From positions 736,001-800,000 of the forward strand of contig CAWANH010000028.1 in NCBI GenBank assembly GCA_963783375.1: a stretch of 64,000 nt of DNA. Reading direction: 5' to 3'. The translations under genes and the position numbers were made by a program. Shown one piece after another: positions 1 through 9,697 of the stretch. Under the pieces are notes generated by a model. It worked only from the letters and a program-made list of their open reading frames with translations. It was not told where the DNA came from and did no database searches. Position 1 is the stretch's first letter; the number at the start of each line of letters is the position of its first letter. Source of the stretch: Candidatus Eiseniibacteriota bacterium. Lineage in GTDB: Bacteria; Eisenbacteria; RBG-16-71-46; JABDJR01.

Positions 1-260
1 CGGGCATGGTCCGTGAATCCTACGACATGACGGATGATCGTCGACGGGGGGGGCCGGCCGAGGTCGTCCAAGACGGTGGAACGGACCATGGAGTTTACCC
101 GGGTGAAATGGGTCGGGCCAGCGGATTCGCCGGAAGGGCCCCGCGCACGGAGGAATCCTCCCCGGCCCCCGGTCCCGGACATCTCCTACGCTCCGGGAAT
201 TCGACCTTCTCTCGTCGATCACCGTTCCCCGCGGCGGCGCCGGGGCCGTAGGATCGCGCC

Positions 261-1547
261 GTGACCGAGCCCTCACCGCCGTGGGCGACCCGCGCCCGCG
301 GCTTCATCGCCGCCTACGACCGTCGGCTGTGGGTCCTCTACGGCGGGTTCATCGCGTCCTCGATGGGCTTCGCCATGATCGTCCCCTTCGTGAGCCTCTA
401 CTTCCACGAGGAGCTGGGGGTGAGCATGTCCCTGGTGGGGACGTTCTTCCTGGTGACCGCGGTGGTGCGCTCCTCGTTCCAGGGGTACGCGGGCGATCTC
501 TCCGATCGCGTAGGGCGGATCCGCATCATGGTGGCGGGCCAGATCGCCCGGGCCGCGCTCTTCGGGGTCATGGCGGCGGCGGTGTTCCTACGGCTGGGGT
601 TCTGGTGGGCGGCGGGGATCCTCACCCTCTCCTACGCGGCGGGAGCGTTCTACCAGCCGGTGGCCACCGCCGCGGTCTCGGACCTGGTCGAGCCCGGGAA
701 ACGCCTCCAGGCCTACGCGATGATGCGGGTGGCCCACAACCTGGGCTGGGGGGTGGGCCCCATGCTCGGCGGGATGGTCTCCGAGGCCGGCTACGGCTGG
801 CTCTTTGTCCTCGGGGGCTTCACCAGCCTCGTCTCGGCCTGGATCGTGAAGCGGTTCGTGAGCGAGACCCACCGGCCGGACCCGGCGGCCGAACCGGCGT
901 CGACGCGGCGCCGGCGCGACGCATGGCTGGACGTGCTCGACGTCCGCCACGACCGGCCCTTCGTGGTGTTCTGCGTCCTGACCCTCCTGGTCTTCATCAC
1001 CCAGTCCCAGTGGCTGGCCACGTTGTCGGTCTACGCCTCCGACCGGCTCGGGACCACCACCGCCCAGCTCGGGGTGGTGTTCGGGCTGAACGGGTTCATG
1101 GTGGTGGCCTTCCAGCTGCCGGTCACCCGGGCGCTCCGCCGGGTGAGCCTGATCGGCATGATGATCCTGGGCTCCGCGGTCTATGCCATGGCCTTCTTCG
1201 GTCTGGGCTTCATCACGGTCTACTGGCAGCTCATCGCGGGCATGGCGGCCATCACCCTGGCCGAGCTCATCGTCTCCCCGGCCACGGTGGCCCTGGTGTC
1301 GCTGATCGCCCCCCCCGGCCGCACCGGCCGCTACATGGGGATCTACTCCCTCACCACCTCGTTCGGATGGTCCGCCGGTCCGTTTCTCGGGGGCGTGCTC
1401 ATCGATATCTGGGAGGGGCGACCGGTCCTCCTGTGGGCCAGCATCGCGGTCTTCGCCCTGGTCGCCGCTTTCGGCTTCGTGCGGTACCGAGGCCTCTACG
1501 CGCCGGCGAGGATCTCCGGGGATGCATCCCGGGGCCGATTGCAGTAG
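261..1547 (+). CDS. MFS transporter
   Basis: 428 aa with about 12 hydrophobic segments; MFS motif A GDLSDRVGRIR. Confidence 0.9.
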   Translation: MTEPSPPWATRARGFIAAYDRRLWVLYGGFIASSMGFAMIVPFVSLYFHEELGVSMSLVGTFFLVTAVVRSSFQGYAGDLSDRVGRIRIMVAGQIARAALFGVMAAAVFLRLGFWWAAGILTLSYAAGAFYQPVATAAVSDLVEPGKRLQAYAMMRVAHNLGWGVGPMLGGMVSEAGYGWLFVLGGFTSLVSAWIVKRFVSETHRPDPAAEPASTRRRRDAWLDVLDVRHDRPFVVFCVLTLLVFITQSQWLATLSVYASDRLGTTTAQLGVVFGLNGFMVVAFQLPVTRALRRVSLIGMMILGSAVYAMAFFGLGFITVYWQLIAGMAAITLAELIVSPATVALVSLIAPPGRTGRYMGIYSLTTSFGWSAGPFLGGVLIDIWEGRPVLLWASIAVFALVAAFGFVRYRGLYAPARISGDASRGRLQ

Positions 1548-1670
1548 AGTTTTCGTTCGGGTAGGCAAATATTTCCCCCACGCTTACCACCCTGAGCCGG
1601 GTTCCGCTCGGAAATCACAAACCCCCGCACCACGCCCGAGCCCACCCATGACAACCAATGGGGGTCCACC

Positions 1671-2306
1671 GTGAGACGAACCATCTTCCGGTCCGCATTC
1701 CTGCTGGCCGTGCTCGGAGGAGCATCGTGCGCCGGCCACTAGATCGGCCCGTTCGCCGCGGACCCGGTTCGGGTCTGTCCGGGTCACACCACCACCGTTT
1801 CCCGGCATGTCAAGGGAAACGCGGTCCTGAGCGCGGCGCCGGATATTCCGGGCACGGGCCCGGTCAAGGGCGACGGATCTTTGATCTTCGCGCCGACTCG
1901 GACGACCCATCTCCTGCTCAGCGTGGGGGCGGATGTGGAGAACGCCCCACATCCCCTCGACGTCATCGTTCTGGAACCCGGGGAGATGAACTCCCTCTTC
2001 TTTCGCGTCGACGACGTCGTCGGCCGCGAGCTGGTTGTGACCGACACCCTGAAGACTTCCGAGTGGGATGGGAGCGCTCGCATCACCTGGGTATTCAACC
2101 GCGAGAGCCGGCCGATTCGAGCCGGGCACAGCGGGAAGGAAGCCCTGATCGCTGCGGGGGATTCGACGGGCGCCTTCCGCGGCCTCCCGATTACCGGAAT
2201 CTGGAGCCTCCGGGCTCCCCTCGATCCAGCGGAGGAGCCCGGGGATCCAGAGCACTCACCAGCGAGCTTCCTGAAAGTGCCGTTCAAGTTCACCTGTGAA
2301 TCGTAG
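1671..2306 (+). pseudogene. Lipoprotein gene interrupted by an in-frame TAG (1740-1742)
   Basis: GTG at 1671 gives MRRTIFRSAFLLAVLGGASC (signal peptide plus lipobox-like Cys), then AGH and TAG; the same frame stays open into ORF 1881..2306. Confidence 0.65.
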
Positions 2307-2316
2307 GGAGGCGATC

Positions 2317-3693
2317 ATGAGCACGCTCAGCCTGGACCAGGTCCGGGGATTGGTGGATACCGTCGTCCTCGTGATGCTGGAGAATCGATCGTTCGACAAC
2401 ATCCTCGGCCATCTGAGCTACCGCGAGCACAACGTCGGCCGGCAGGTCGAGGGTCTCACCGATCCTCTCGAGAAGGATGAATATATCAACCTCTATGCGA
2501 ACCAGCCGTACTACCCGTTCCTCACCAAGGATGAGCCGCTCCAAACCGACCTTCCCCACGAGCGGGACGCCGTGGATCAGCAGATGGCCTGGTCGAAAGC
2601 CAAGAAGCGTTTCACCATGAGCGGCTTCGTGGAGGCTTACTACGGCCGAACGGTCGCCAGTTGGACCCGCAACCCGGAGCCGATGGGCTTCCTGCCTCCG
2701 GACCAGGTGCCGGTCAGCCACTTCCTCGCGACCAACTACGCGGTGTGCGACCACTGGTTCGCTCCGCTACCCACCAGCACGCTCCCCAACCGGCTCATGG
2801 CCTGGACCGGCACCACATCGGTCGACCACACCGGACAGATCCTCCCTCCGGTCGGTGACACGCTGCTCGAGTGGATGACCGGACGCAACGTACGGTGGCG
2901 CGTCTACCACGACGGACTTTCCTTTTTCACGCTCCTGGGAAAACTCCAGCAGGTCTTGAGCCCCGGTTTCCGGCGCTTCGAGCATCTGGCCGACGACGTG
3001 CTTCACGAATCCAACGGAACCTTCCCCCAGGTGATCCTCATCGAACCCTCCTACGGCGACGCTCCGCACCTGGGCACCGACCATCCCAACGACAACCACC
3101 CGCCCCTCCCGGTAGCGCCGGGAGAGCATTTCCTGCGCCTGATCTACCAGGCCCTCACCGCGAACCCCGAGCGCTGGGCGAAGACGGTGCTGATCGTCCA
3201 CTACGACGAGCATGGCGGCTTCTTCGACCACGTTCCCCCGCTCCCCGTTCCTCACGCCCCGCCGAGGGGGGCCAGGTACAAGCCCTTCAAGACCACGGGC
3301 GTGCGGGTGCCGGCCATGGTGGTGTCGCCCCTCGTTGCGTCGCGTACCGTCCACCAGGCGAAGATGGATCACACTTCCATTCTTCAGTTCCTGGCCGAAC
3401 TGCACGACAAGAACGAAAAGGACTACTCGGCGAACGTGGCCCGGCGCCGGGGCAGGGGGATCACCAGCGTTTCGGCGGTCCTGAACCAGGCGGCGCCGCG
3501 GACCCGGATACCGGCCGTGCCCACAAACCCCATCCGTTCGGTCACCCTCCTGGGGGACGCGGGACCGATCCATACCCCGCAACAGAAGCTCTTCCGCACC
3601 GCCGCGCTCAAGATGATGGGCGAGCGTAAGACGGACACCCAGGAGCAGTATCCGGAGCTCTGGCACGCGGGTTTGACGGACAACCTGGAATGA
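2317..3693 (+). CDS. Phosphoesterase / phospholipase C (alkaline-phosphatase superfamily)
   Basis: VVLVMLENRSFD, TLPNR, YDEHGGFFDHV and GVRVP motifs; GGAGG RBS before ATG 2317. Confidence 0.9.
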   Translation: MSTLSLDQVRGLVDTVVLVMLENRSFDNILGHLSYREHNVGRQVEGLTDPLEKDEYINLYANQPYYPFLTKDEPLQTDLPHERDAVDQQMAWSKAKKRFTMSGFVEAYYGRTVASWTRNPEPMGFLPPDQVPVSHFLATNYAVCDHWFAPLPTSTLPNRLMAWTGTTSVDHTGQILPPVGDTLLEWMTGRNVRWRVYHDGLSFFTLLGKLQQVLSPGFRRFEHLADDVLHESNGTFPQVILIEPSYGDAPHLGTDHPNDNHPPLPVAPGEHFLRLIYQALTANPERWAKTVLIVHYDEHGGFFDHVPPLPVPHAPPRGARYKPFKTTGVRVPAMVVSPLVASRTVHQAKMDHTSILQFLAELHDKNEKDYSANVARRRGRGITSVSAVLNQAAPRTRIPAVPTNPIRSVTLLGDAGPIHTPQQKLFRTAALKMMGERKTDTQEQYPELWHAGLTDNLE

Positions 3694-3723
3694 GGGGGCG
3701 CCGGCGGGCGGACCCCCGGTCGA

Positions 3724-4896
3724 TCAGTCCTCCGTCTCCGGGTCTTCCGGGGGCTTGGAGGGCGGCGCGGACGCGGTCAGGAGGGCGAGGATCGCCTGGT
3801 TGAACGCGGGCAGGTCGCCCGGCACGCGACTGGTGACGAGGTTCCGGTCCACCACCACCGGCTTGTCGCGATAACGGGCCCCGGCCAGTCGGACGTCGTC
3901 GCGGATCCCCGCGAAGCAGGTGACGCTGCGTCCGGGGAGCACCCCGGCGGAGATGAGGACCTGGGGGCCGTGGCAGATGGCGGCCACCGGCTTCCCCTCG
4001 TCCAGGAAGCGGCGGGTGAAGTCGAGGACGGCCGGATTCAGCCGGAGGGACTCGGGCGCGCCGCCCCCGGGGATGATCAGGAGATCGAACTCCGAGGCCT
4101 CGGCGTCGGCCGCCGCGAGTTCCACCACGACCTCCTCGCGCTCGTACTTGCCGGTCACCGTCCCCGGCGCGAGCCCCACGAAGACCGTCTCCATCCCGTA
4201 CTCCCGGAGATAGGCGGGCGGGGCGACCCCTTCCTCGTCCTGGAACTTGTCGGCGATCAGGACGGCCGCCCGCTTTCCGGCCAGGGGGGTGCCGATTTCC
4301 GCCTCGGACCCGGTGTCCGGGGCGGCTTCCGGTCGGGACGCGACCGCTTCCGCCGACCGCTTGCCCATACGCTTCCGCTTCTTCTTGGCCGCGCCGTCCG
4401 CCGGCTCCGGCGAGTCCACGTCCGCTTCCGTCGAAGCCGTCTCCGTCACTTCCACCGCGTCCACCGGTTCGACCGCATCCACCGTCGGTTCATCCATCTC
4501 GCTCAAGTCGTCTCCTTCGCTCTCGCCGGTCCCGGCCCCGCCGGAACCGCTTGCCTCCATGAATTCCAACCGGTTCCCGAACGGGTCCCGGGTGTGAAAC
4601 CGTCGCTCCCCGGCCGGCGGGCGCCCGTCGCGCACCTCGAAATCGGCCCCCACAAGCCGCGCCCGGAGGGTGTCGAGGTTCTCCACCGCAAAGGCCACGT
4701 GGGCGCGCGAGGAGGCATCGGCCCCGCCCGCTTCGATCCCCAGGTGCACCTCCTGGCCGCCGCACCGGTACCAGAAACCGGGGTTCTCCATCGCCGGACG
4801 GGGGATGGGAATGAGCCCCAGAAGACCTTCATAGAACCCCCGGGCCTCGTCCTCGCGTCCGGCGGGGATCATGATCTGCACGTGGTGGATTCGCAC
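3724..4896 (-). CDS. VOC (glyoxalase/bleomycin) domain fused to PfpI/DJ-1 domain
   Basis: N-term IHHVQI...HVAFAV...RDPFGNRLE; C-term FQDEE, IIPGG, AICHGP, TSRVPGDLPAF. Confidence 0.85.
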   Translation of the reverse strand: MRIHHVQIMIPAGREDEARGFYEGLLGLIPIPRPAMENPGFWYRCGGQEVHLGIEAGGADASSRAHVAFAVENLDTLRARLVGADFEVRDGRPPAGERRFHTRDPFGNRLEFMEASGSGGAGTGESEGDDLSEMDEPTVDAVEPVDAVEVTETASTEADVDSPEPADGAAKKKRKRMGKRSAEAVASRPEAAPDTGSEAEIGTPLAGKRAAVLIADKFQDEEGVAPPAYLREYGMETVFVGLAPGTVTGKYEREEVVVELAAADAEASEFDLLIIPGGGAPESLRLNPAVLDFTRRFLDEGKPVAAICHGPQVLISAGVLPGRSVTCFAGIRDDVRLAGARYRDKPVVVDRNLVTSRVPGDLPAFNQAILALLTASAPPSKPPEDPETED

Positions 4897-4990
4897 GCGG
4901 TGAATGGTACTCTATTCGGGTTCCGGTGACGAAGGGCGGCGGTTCTCCCTCCACAAGGCCCGATCCAGGAAAAGCGAGGACGGCGACATC

Positions 4991-6220
4991 ATGCAGAAAT
5001 CGACGGTGAACGGAAAGCGCTCGGCCCGGAAGACGAAGGCCCCGGGGGCGAAGCTCCTCATGAAGGCCGGCGGTCCGGTCACCCGGGACGAGCTGGTGGC
5101 GCTCCGCCGCGACATCCACCGGAACCCCGAGCTTGGGTTCGGGGAGACCCGGACCTCGAAGCTGGTTCAGGACCATCTGAAGAGCTTCGGCCTGAAGCCC
5201 CGGGTCCTGGCCGGGACCGGGGTCACCGCCCTCATCGACGGCAAGGCGGCCGGACGCACCCTCATGATGCGCTGCGACATGGACGCGCTTCCCATCGTGG
5301 AGGAGACCGCGTACCCCTTCCAGAGCGGCAACCGGGGGGTGATGCACGCCTGCGGTCACGATTTCCACACCTCGATCCTTCTAGGAGTGGCCAAGTCGCT
5401 CTCCCGGAACCCTCCGGCCCGCGGCCGGCTGAAGCTCAACTTCCAGCCCGCCGAAGAGGGTCTGAACGGCGCGGGAGCCATGATCGAGGCGGGTATCATG
5501 AAGAACCCGGACGTGGACGCCGTCCTGGGCTATCACATCTGGCAGGGGGTTCCGGTGGGCCGGGTCGGCGTCATCACCGGCCCCTGCATGGCCGCGGTGG
5601 GGCGCTTCAACATCACCATCCGGGGCGTCGGCGGCCACGCCGCCTATCCCCATCGCGCGGTGGACCCGGTGCTGGTGGCGTCCCACGTGGTGACCGCGCT
5701 CCAGAGCATCGTGGCCCGGAACGTGAGCCCGGTGGACACCGCGGTGGTCACGGTGGGCCGGATCCACGCCGGGAGCGCCTTCAACATCATCCCCCCCGAA
5801 GCCACCATGGAGGGCACGGTCCGGACCTTCTCCAAGGAGGCGGGCCGGTCGGTGCCGAAGCGGCTGAAGGAGATCGCCACCGGGGTGGCCAAGGCCTTCG
5901 GGGCGGTCGCCGGCGTGGAGTACGTCCACGAGCACAACCCGGTGGTGAACGACGCGGCCATGGCCGACTTCATGCGCGAGGTGGTCGGGGATACCCTGGG
6001 TCGCCGGAACCTGGTTCTTCCCGATCCCTCCATGGGGGGCGAGGATCACGCCGCGTACCAGGAGATCGCCCCCGGCTGCTACGTCTTCATCGGGGCCGGC
6101 CCGCGGAAGGGCGAGGTTTTCGAGCACCACCACCCGAAGTTCAATCCGGACGAGGACGTGCTGGAGACCGGGGTCAAGGTCATGGCCGAGGCGGCGCGCC
6201 GCTGGCTGGCCCGGGCGTGA
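4991..6220 (+). CDS. M20 family amidohydrolase
   Basis: RRDIHRNPEL, RCDMDALP, MHACGHD, FQPAEEG, GGEDH, HHPKF motifs. Confidence 0.92.
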   Translation: MQKSTVNGKRSARKTKAPGAKLLMKAGGPVTRDELVALRRDIHRNPELGFGETRTSKLVQDHLKSFGLKPRVLAGTGVTALIDGKAAGRTLMMRCDMDALPIVEETAYPFQSGNRGVMHACGHDFHTSILLGVAKSLSRNPPARGRLKLNFQPAEEGLNGAGAMIEAGIMKNPDVDAVLGYHIWQGVPVGRVGVITGPCMAAVGRFNITIRGVGGHAAYPHRAVDPVLVASHVVTALQSIVARNVSPVDTAVVTVGRIHAGSAFNIIPPEATMEGTVRTFSKEAGRSVPKRLKEIATGVAKAFGAVAGVEYVHEHNPVVNDAAMADFMREVVGDTLGRRNLVLPDPSMGGEDHAAYQEIAPGCYVFIGAGPRKGEVFEHHHPKFNPDEDVLETGVKVMAEAARRWLARA

Positions 6221-7362
6221 CCGTCGGGGCTGCGCAGCGGGCAAAGGCGGTCGATTCCGCGGAAGTGGAGACCCCCCGCCGAACGGGGGGGGCGTTCGCC
6301 GGAACCGCCCGGGAAATCCTTCGCCGCCACGGGCGCGGGCCGCTCTCCCGGATCGCCCTCCTCCCGGCCTATCGCTACTTCTTCACCGGCGGCGGCCGGT
6401 GCGTGATGGCCTACGCCGACTGCGGGTCGCTCCGCCTGGCCCTCGGGGAACCGGCGGGTCCGGACGCGGATAGCGCGGGGGCGATCGGCGAGTTCGCCGC
6501 CCACACCCGGGCCCGAGGCCGGCGTCCGGTCGTGGTGGGCCTCCGCCGGGGGGACGCCGAAGCCTGCCGCGCCGCCGGTCTCACGACGCTTCGAATCGGC
6601 CACGAGGCGCTCCTCCCCCTGCCGGCGTTCTCGCTCGAGGGCGGCCGGCGACGCTCCCTCCGCCAGAGCGTCAACCGTTCCCGCCGGGCCGGCGCGGGAT
6701 TCGAGATCTGGGACCCCCCGATCTCCCCCGTCCGGGTGGCCGCCCTGGCCGAGGTTTCCAACGCCTGGCTCCTCACCCGGCGTCTGCGCGAGCGCCGGTT
6801 CGGCGCGGGTTGGTTCGACCCGGAGATCCTGGCCTCGGGGCGGGTCGCGGTGATCCGCGGAGGGAGCGGACGCGTCGAAGCCTTCGCCAACCTGCTCGAG
6901 GGGTACGACGACAACGAGGCGAGCGCGGACCTCATGCGCCGCCGCCCCGACGCGCCCCCCGGCGCCATGGACGCCCTCTTCGCGGGGATCGCCGTCCTCT
7001 ACCGGGACGAAGGGAAGACCGTGTTCAACCTCGGCCTGGCCCCCCTGGCCGGGTTGGGGGCGGACGCCGACGCCAGCGTGACCGAACGGGCCCTGGGCTG
7101 GATGTACCGACGGGGGGGAGGGCTCTTCAGCTTCGCCGGACTCTTCGCTTTCAAAGCCAAGTTCCGCCCCGAGTGGGAGCCCCGCTACGTCGCCTACGAC
7201 CCCGGCATCTTCCTCCCGCGCGTCCTCCTAGCCGCCGCCGGCATCCGTCCCGTGGAGGAAATCCGGGCGCGCGGCGCGAGATGGACGGTCCGAGCCCTGG
7301 CCGCCCTGGCCTTCGGCGGGGCGGGGACCGGGGTGGCGCGCCCGGCCGATTCCGTTATCTGA
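6217..7362 (+). CDS. Stand-alone MprF-type aminoacyl-phosphatidylglycerol synthase domain (DUF2156)
   Basis: DLMRR, FNLGLAPL, GLFAFKAKFRPEWEPRY motifs; no N-terminal flippase domain; GTGA overlap with the M20 gene. Confidence 0.8.
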   Translation: MTVGAAQRAKAVDSAEVETPRRTGGAFAGTAREILRRHGRGPLSRIALLPAYRYFFTGGGRCVMAYADCGSLRLALGEPAGPDADSAGAIGEFAAHTRARGRRPVVVGLRRGDAEACRAAGLTTLRIGHEALLPLPAFSLEGGRRRSLRQSVNRSRRAGAGFEIWDPPISPVRVAALAEVSNAWLLTRRLRERRFGAGWFDPEILASGRVAVIRGGSGRVEAFANLLEGYDDNEASADLMRRRPDAPPGAMDALFAGIAVLYRDEGKTVFNLGLAPLAGLGADADASVTERALGWMYRRGGGLFSFAGLFAFKAKFRPEWEPRYVAYDPGIFLPRVLLAAAGIRPVEEIRARGARWTVRALAALAFGGAGTGVARPADSVI

Positions 7363-7524
7363 CCGGACCGGGGTCCGCCTCCCGACGCCCCACCCCCCTG
7401 GCGAGATGAACGCCGGACCCGCCTCCACCCTGGACATGGGGCGCAAACCGGCGGATGCTGGTTGTTCCGGGCCGGGGCGGAGGGCGCCCGGTCCGGAATT
7501 TCCCCCCCAGGAGGAGGGCCGGCC

Positions 7525-8382
7525 ATGAACCAGATCGAACACCTGCTCTCCCACGACGTGCTCAATCCTTCCACCGCGCTCGGCGCGCTGGCCTACGGTC
7601 TACTCTTCCTCGTGCTGGCGGTGGTGGTCTCCCACCTACTCCGCGTCACCGCCCACCGCGCATTGAAGTTGCACCACCGCCACCTGGTGGATCGCACGTC
7701 GGCCAACTTCGTGATCCAACTTTCCCAGATCGCCGTCTTCATCATCGCGCTCATGTTCTACGCCCACCTGATTCCCCGGTTGCGGACGCTGGGAACCGCG
7801 CTCCTGGCCAGCGTCAGCGTGGTGTCGGTGATCATCGGCCTGGCCGCCCAGAACACCCTGGGAAATCTCATCGCGGGGGTTTCGCTCCTCCTCTACCGGC
7901 CGTTCGAGGTCGGCGACCGGCTCCAGGTGAACGGCCCCTCGGGGCCGGAGATAGGAACGGTGGAGGTGCTGAACCTCGGCTACACCGTGATCCAGACCTA
8001 CGACAACCGTCGGGTCGTGGTCCCCAACAGCGCCATCGCCACCCAGGTCACGGTCAACTACACCACCCAGGACACCCGGATCATGGTGATGGTGCCGATC
8101 GGGATCAGCTATTCCTCGGACATCGACAAGGCGCGGGAGATCCTCCTCGACATCGCCCGGAACCATCCCCTGATCACCGAAGCGGTGAACTGCCCGGTCA
8201 CCAACCTCGGGAACTCCAGCGTGAACCTGAGCCTTCGCGCATGGTGCGAGTCCCCGATGGACGCCAAGCGGGTGGAGTTCGACCTCTACGAGGCGGCCAA
8301 GAAGCGTTTCGACCAGGAGGGGATCGAGATCCCCTTCCCCTACACCAACGTGGTGTTGAAGCGGGAGGCGCCCACGGCGTGA
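7525..8382 (+). CDS. MscS small-conductance mechanosensitive channel
   Basis: GLAAQNTLGNLIAG, RPFEVGD, VVVPNS, GIEIPFP; GGAGG RBS. Confidence 0.9.
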   Translation: MNQIEHLLSHDVLNPSTALGALAYGLLFLVLAVVVSHLLRVTAHRALKLHHRHLVDRTSANFVIQLSQIAVFIIALMFYAHLIPRLRTLGTALLASVSVVSVIIGLAAQNTLGNLIAGVSLLLYRPFEVGDRLQVNGPSGPEIGTVEVLNLGYTVIQTYDNRRVVVPNSAIATQVTVNYTTQDTRIMVMVPIGISYSSDIDKAREILLDIARNHPLITEAVNCPVTNLGNSSVNLSLRAWCESPMDAKRVEFDLYEAAKKRFDQEGIEIPFPYTNVVLKREAPTA

Positions 8383-8457
8383 CCCGGCCGGGCCCGGGCT
8401 GATCCGGCGCGGTTCACCACGCCTCGACCCGGAGAAAGATCCTGAATCGAGCCCCGG

Positions 8458-9000
8458 CTACGGAGGTTCCGGAAGCGCGTCCAGCGCGCTTTCGAAGGCG
8501 CGATAGGAGCGCCGGTCTAAGAGCACGATGCGCACCTCGTTCAGCCCGTGGCCGGGGTCGGCCAACCACCTCGCGCAGGCGCCGGTCATGATGCGGGCGC
8601 AGGACTCGAGGGGATAGCCGAAGATTCCGGTGGAGATGGCGGGAAAGGCGATGGATCGGAGGCCCAGCTCTTCGGCCACGCGAAGGGAGTTCACGACCGC
8701 GCTCTCGAGGAGCCGGTCGGCGCCGGGATCGCCGCCCCGGGGACCCACGGCGTGAATCACGTGGCGGGCGGGGAGCCGTCCCGCGCCGGTGGCCGCCGCC
8801 TCCCCGGTCCGGATGGGCGCCTTGGCCCGGCACTCCTCCTGGATCGAGGGCCCCCCCGCGTTCCGGATGGCTCCGGCCACTCCCCCCCCCAGGATCAACT
8901 GCTCGTTGGCCGCATTCACCACCGCGTCCACGTCGGCCTCGGTGATGTCCCCGTGAACCAGGCGCAGCGCCTTCTCCCCATAATGTCGTTCACCGGACAT
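8458..9000 (-). CDS. Macro domain protein (YmdB-like ADP-ribose hydrolase)
   Basis: GDIT, VNAAN, GGGVAGAI, IHAVGP, FPAISTGIFGYP. Confidence 0.92.
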   Translation of the reverse strand: MSGERHYGEKALRLVHGDITEADVDAVVNAANEQLILGGGVAGAIRNAGGPSIQEECRAKAPIRTGEAAATGAGRLPARHVIHAVGPRGGDPGADRLLESAVVNSLRVAEELGLRSIAFPAISTGIFGYPLESCARIMTGACARWLADPGHGLNEVRIVLLDRRSYRAFESALDALPEPP

Positions 9001-9168
9001 GCTCCGACCGTACCACACGGTTCTCCGCGGGCGCGGTTCCGGCCCGCGTTGTCGCCGGAGCCCGGCTCCTGCTAGCCTGGAGCGCCGGGGGAAGGGGAGC
9101 CCCGGCCCACCCCGGCGGGGAACCGGCGACCGGTTCGGCCGGGGAGTCGGCGTCACCAGGAGGACCCC

Positions 9169-9615
9169 ATGCTCATCGACAAGTTGACCGAGGACATGAA
9201 GACGGCAATGAAAGCCCGGGACGCCGCACGGCTCGGCGTCCTTCGGATGACCCTATCCGAGGTCAAGAACGCCCGTATCGAGAAGGGGGCCGACCTCACC
9301 GATGACGACGTGACCCAGGTCATCCGGCGCGCGGTCAAGAAGCGGGAAGAGGCTTCGGAGGCGTTTCGGGCCGGCGGCCGGCCCGAGCTGGCGGAGAGCG
9401 AATTGCGGGAGGCCGAGGTCCTGAGCGTCTACCTCCCCCGGATGATCGGCGGAGCGGAGTTGGAAGAGATCGTGGCAGCGGCCATCGTCGAGGCGGGGGC
9501 CACCTCGGCCAAGGACATGGGAAAGGTCATGAAGGTGGTCATGGCCGCCCACGGAAGCCGGGTCGACGGAAAGGCGGTCCAGGCGATCGTCCGCGCTCGG
9601 TTGGGTTCGGCCTGA
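9169..9615 (+). CDS. GatB/YqeY domain protein
   Basis: DMKTAMKARD, KDMGKVMK, DGKAV; AGGAGG RBS. Confidence 0.92.
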   Translation: MLIDKLTEDMKTAMKARDAARLGVLRMTLSEVKNARIEKGADLTDDDVTQVIRRAVKKREEASEAFRAGGRPELAESELREAEVLSVYLPRMIGGAELEEIVAAAIVEAGATSAKDMGKVMKVVMAAHGSRVDGKAVQAIVRARLGSA

Positions 9616-9697
9616 GCGGTCCCCCGAAGAAATCCCCCCCTCTTCCCGCGCCGGCCCCGCGCGTCCGCGACCGCGGGACGCCCCCGAGACACGCACA

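Noticed and set aside
1740-1742. Genome-wide TAG reassignment
   Set aside because: Many conserved genes (rpmH, parB, DUF523 gene) end correctly at TAG
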